This document shows positions 59,513 through 62,159 of a DNA stretch of 62,159 bases, piece after piece. The notes under the pieces are model-generated. The model was not told where the DNA came from. It worked only from the letters and a program-made list of their open reading frames with translations, and did no database searches. Positions within the stretch are counted from its first letter, which is position 1, and every line of letters starts with the position of its first letter. Location: the NCBI GenBank assembly GCA_038063315.1, contig JBBTVI010000008.1:1-62159 (forward strand), given 5' to 3'. A program made the position numbers and the translations under genes. This DNA comes from Patescibacteria group bacterium (GTDB lineage: Bacteria; Patescibacteriota; Minisyncoccia; Sungbacterales; HO2-52-23).

Positions 59513-61981
59513 TTATTCATCGGCCATCCCGCTTGCGGAGCCGCGCGATTGGTGGCGGGAGGCGATATCCGCTTCCACTTCCTCGCGCGGGCGGCCGTAC
59601 GTCATCCGGGACATTTCTTTGATGATCGCGGCGGTCTCGGGATTCCCTTTTTCGGGCGCAAATGTCTTCATGCTAAAGGGCTGGGATGTGGCTCCGCGGA
59701 CCAGGAGCTTGACTGCGGCATTGGCGTTTTCGATATTCAGGAGATCCTGCTCGGCGAAAACCGGAGCGAATTGTTTTGCCATGAATTCCGCATCGTCTGA
59801 GCCGATGCGGAATGCGGCCACGGAGCCGACATTGCCGAAGACGGCCTTTTTTATTTCGTCCGTGAGCTGGCCGATGAATTGGTGCGTGATCGTCATGTCC
59901 AATTTGTACTTACGCGCCTCGGAAAGAATGGTCGCGATGGACGGCGTTGTGACGTTCTGGAATTCGTCAATATAGAGATAAAAATCCGTTCTCTCCTGTT
60001 CGGGGATGTCAACGCGGGAGAACGCGGCCATGAGGAGCTTGCCCACGACGATGAGGCCGATGAAGGACGAATTGATCTCGCCCAGGCGCCCCTTCGAGAG
60101 ATTCACGAGAAGGATTTTTCGGTTATCAATAATGTCGCGGAAATTAAAAGCGGATTTCTGCTGGGCGATGATCGGCCGCATGATTTCGTTTGCGACGAAA
60201 TTGTCGGTCTTGGAGGTGATGTACGGGACCATGTTGCGGAGCTCCCCTTCTCCGCCGGCTTTTTCGGCGACCTCGGTCCAAAATTGGTTGACGACGATGT
60301 TTTGGCTCCGGCTGAGTTTGAGATCGCGGAAATTTTTCTCGGCGAGCACCCGGCCGATTTCCAGAATCGTGCTGCCGCTCGACGGGTCTTCAATGACAAG
60401 AAGGGTGGCGTTCCGGAAATACTGCTGGAACATCGGGCCGATCGCCTCGGGGACTTGCCCGAAGAGCTTGATAAAAATGCTCAAAAGCTCGTTAACGACG
60501 AATGTTTTCTGTTCGGGGAACCGCTCGTCGTATTCGAGCATGTTGAGGCCCATGGGCCGGGCCGTGTCGCCCGGATTGAAGTAAACGACGTCTGATGCGC
60601 GCTCGCGCGGGACAAATCCGAGAATGTCCTCTACCATGTCGCCGTGCGGATCAATGACGCAGACGCCCCTGCCGGCCGCAATGTCCTGGATGATCATGTT
60701 TTTCAGGAAGACCGATTTTCCGGTTCCGGTCTGGCCGATAATATAGAGGTGGCGCCTGCGGTCGTCGTCCTGGATATAGACGTTCCGGGTTTGCCCCCGG
60801 AAAACATTATAGCCGAGGAGCAGGCCTTCCGGGGCGAGAGTTGTCGGAGCTGGCGCCTCGCGCGCGCGGACGCGGCTGATGCGCGGGGTGCGTAGCGGGA
60901 CGTTTTCGAAATGGAAAAGCGATGTTAGTTCCTCGGTGCCGAGGAGGGCGATGTCGGTTTTGGCGAAGCTGCGAAAGGAAAATTGAAAAATGAGCCGTTC
61001 GAGCCTCTTACCGGAGAGTGTCGTCATGTTGAATCGGTTGAGGTTTGAATCCGCGAATTGTTCAAATGCAAGGCCGATCTCGCGGACAATGTCGGTCGCG
61101 CGGTTCGCGGTCGGGGCTGCGGCGATGATGCGGATATTGGTTTCAAAAAGCGTCTGATTGGCCTTGTGGTCAATGGCGCGCGCGAGCTCTTCTTCAAGAG
61201 GTGTCATTTTGCGCTGTGCGGCCTCGGCGGCCTTGTCCGGTTCCGCTGCCGGGGCCTTCATCGCGTCCACCGCCGCGACAGCCCCGCGGAGTGTTTTGAG
61301 AAACGCGTCGTCGCGCTCCGGCGGCCGCTTACCCGCGTAGAGGTCGCGAACGTATTCTTTCATTTTTTTGCGCCATTTATCGCGCGCCGGGCGCGCAACG
61401 ATCTGAAGCGCCGCTCCTTCGCCGGATGCGGCGAGCTTCATAAATGCATTGGTGATCGCGGCAATCGGATCGCCTTCGAGTTTTTGATACGTGCGGACCG
61501 GGAAATAATACGGGCGTTCAAGCCGCAGCACGGCTCCGCTTGCGGCACCTTGCGGCGCGAATATATTGTAGTCGTCGGACCGCTCGACATGCGCATCCGG
61601 AAAAATGCCCTGGATCGCCTTTTCGACCGCGGGCAGGAGGCGCCGCGAGACCGCGACGTAAAAGGCCAGTTCTTCGCCGACAACCGGAATGTTGAGTTCA
61701 AGCGCAAAGCTCGGTGGCCCGTAAAGCAGGGGCGCCCACCAGACAGTGTCGCGGATGGAGCCGAGATGCGCGTAGCATTGTTCCATGAGCGCGATTTTCT
61801 CGCGCATCTGTTGAAGTGGGAGGTCAGCCGGCGGTTGGTTCGGAAAGCGAATGGCGAGGAGCCCCATGTTAAGGGAGCGCTGTACTGTCCCTCGTCGTTG
61901 CATGCGGCGGCGGACAACGAAAAAGAGAGCCGCAATTGCGGCGCAGATGAAGATAACAATAGGAATTAAGAATTTTTCCAC
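59513..61981 (-). CDS. VirD4/TraG/TraD-family (type IV coupling protein-like) P-loop ATPase with N-terminal TM helix
   Basis: Walker A IIGQTGTGKS, VIDPHGD, Walker B FYLYIDEFQNV, TITHQFIGQL (TraG-D_C-like). Confidence 0.72.
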   Translation of the reverse strand: MEKFLIPIVIFICAAIAALFFVVRRRMQRRGTVQRSLNMGLLAIRFPNQPPADLPLQQMREKIALMEQCYAHLGSIRDTVWWAPLLYGPPSFALELNIPVVGEELAFYVAVSRRLLPAVEKAIQGIFPDAHVERSDDYNIFAPQGAASGAVLRLERPYYFPVRTYQKLEGDPIAAITNAFMKLAASGEGAALQIVARPARDKWRKKMKEYVRDLYAGKRPPERDDAFLKTLRGAVAAVDAMKAPAAEPDKAAEAAQRKMTPLEEELARAIDHKANQTLFETNIRIIAAAPTANRATDIVREIGLAFEQFADSNLNRFNMTTLSGKRLERLIFQFSFRSFAKTDIALLGTEELTSLFHFENVPLRTPRISRVRAREAPAPTTLAPEGLLLGYNVFRGQTRNVYIQDDDRRRHLYIIGQTGTGKSVFLKNMIIQDIAAGRGVCVIDPHGDMVEDILGFVPRERASDVVYFNPGDTARPMGLNMLEYDERFPEQKTFVVNELLSIFIKLFGQVPEAIGPMFQQYFRNATLLVIEDPSSGSTILEIGRVLAEKNFRDLKLSRSQNIVVNQFWTEVAEKAGGEGELRNMVPYITSKTDNFVANEIMRPIIAQQKSAFNFRDIIDNRKILLVNLSKGRLGEINSSFIGLIVVGKLLMAAFSRVDIPEQERTDFYLYIDEFQNVTTPSIATILSEARKYKLDMTITHQFIGQLTDEIKKAVFGNVGSVAAFRIGSDDAEFMAKQFAPVFAEQDLLNIENANAAVKLLVRGATSQPFSMKTFAPEKGNPETAAIIKEMSRMTYGRPREEVEADIASRHQSRGSASGMADE

Positions 61982-62066
61982 GACTTATGAATGACGTTGC
62001 TTTGACCGAAGAAAAAGAGTAATGAGTGCAATCCTTCACAGCCCTATTAAGATCATCATTACACGT

Positions 62067-62159
62067 GTCATTGCGAGGAGTGGAGGAATCCCTCACTTCG
62101 CTCAGGACAGGCTCCGCAATCCAGAGGGAGTCGTCATTGCGAGGAGTCCTGCTGCAGGA
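62067..62159. repeat. REP-1 element, copy 14 (unit C forward + unit A, cut by window edge)
   Basis: GTCATTGCGAGGAGTGGAGGAATCCCTCACTTCGCTCAGGACAGGCTCCGCAATCC AGAGGGAGTC GTCATTGCGAGGAGTCCTGCTGCAGGA. Confidence 0.85.

Overview
This 62.2-kb window looks like a small-genome bacterium of the Candidate Phyla Radiation / Patescibacteria type. That is an inference from compact housekeeping genes, short ribosomal proteins, many membrane-anchored unknown proteins and dense intergenic palindromes; no search was run. All product calls come from motif recognition by eye, so family names need HMM or BLAST confirmation.

I call about 60 protein genes, 3 tRNAs (Lys-UUU and two identical Gln-UUG) and no rRNA or CRISPR. 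From 24.5 kb to the end every gene is on the minus strand.

- Core content: lepA, ndk, aspS, dnaX, gap, a redox cluster (trxB, glutaredoxin-like, DsbA-like, FAD oxidoreductase), rseP, tlyA, frr, holB, mreB, murA, and a partial ribosomal/rpoA cluster (infA-rpmJ-rpsM-rpsK-rpsD-rpoA-rplQ-rplM-rpsI).
- Accessory content: six sensor histidine kinases and three receiver proteins, three type II toxin-antitoxin pairs, a Pif1-like helicase, a signal-anchored orphan phage tail-tube-like protein, a truncated creD, a low-GC HEPN/membrane-protein islet, an E1-like (ThiF) operon convergent with a nitroreductase, and a VirD4/TraG-like ATPase.

Most notable structural signals:
1. A modular palindromic element (GTCATTGCGAG...GCAATCC units) sits at 14 intergenic loci, including inside the ribosomal operon.
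2. A 423-bp direct repeat (whole tRNA-Gln plus the dnaX 3' end) brackets a 5.1-kb cargo cassette. The repeat copies differ almost only at synonymous dnaX codon positions.
3. Two separate pairs of histidine kinases share identical or near-identical N-terminal sensor modules at the nucleotide level.
4. The tRNA-Gln-adjacent low-GC islet carries an R-N-x-x-x-H (HEPN) protein.
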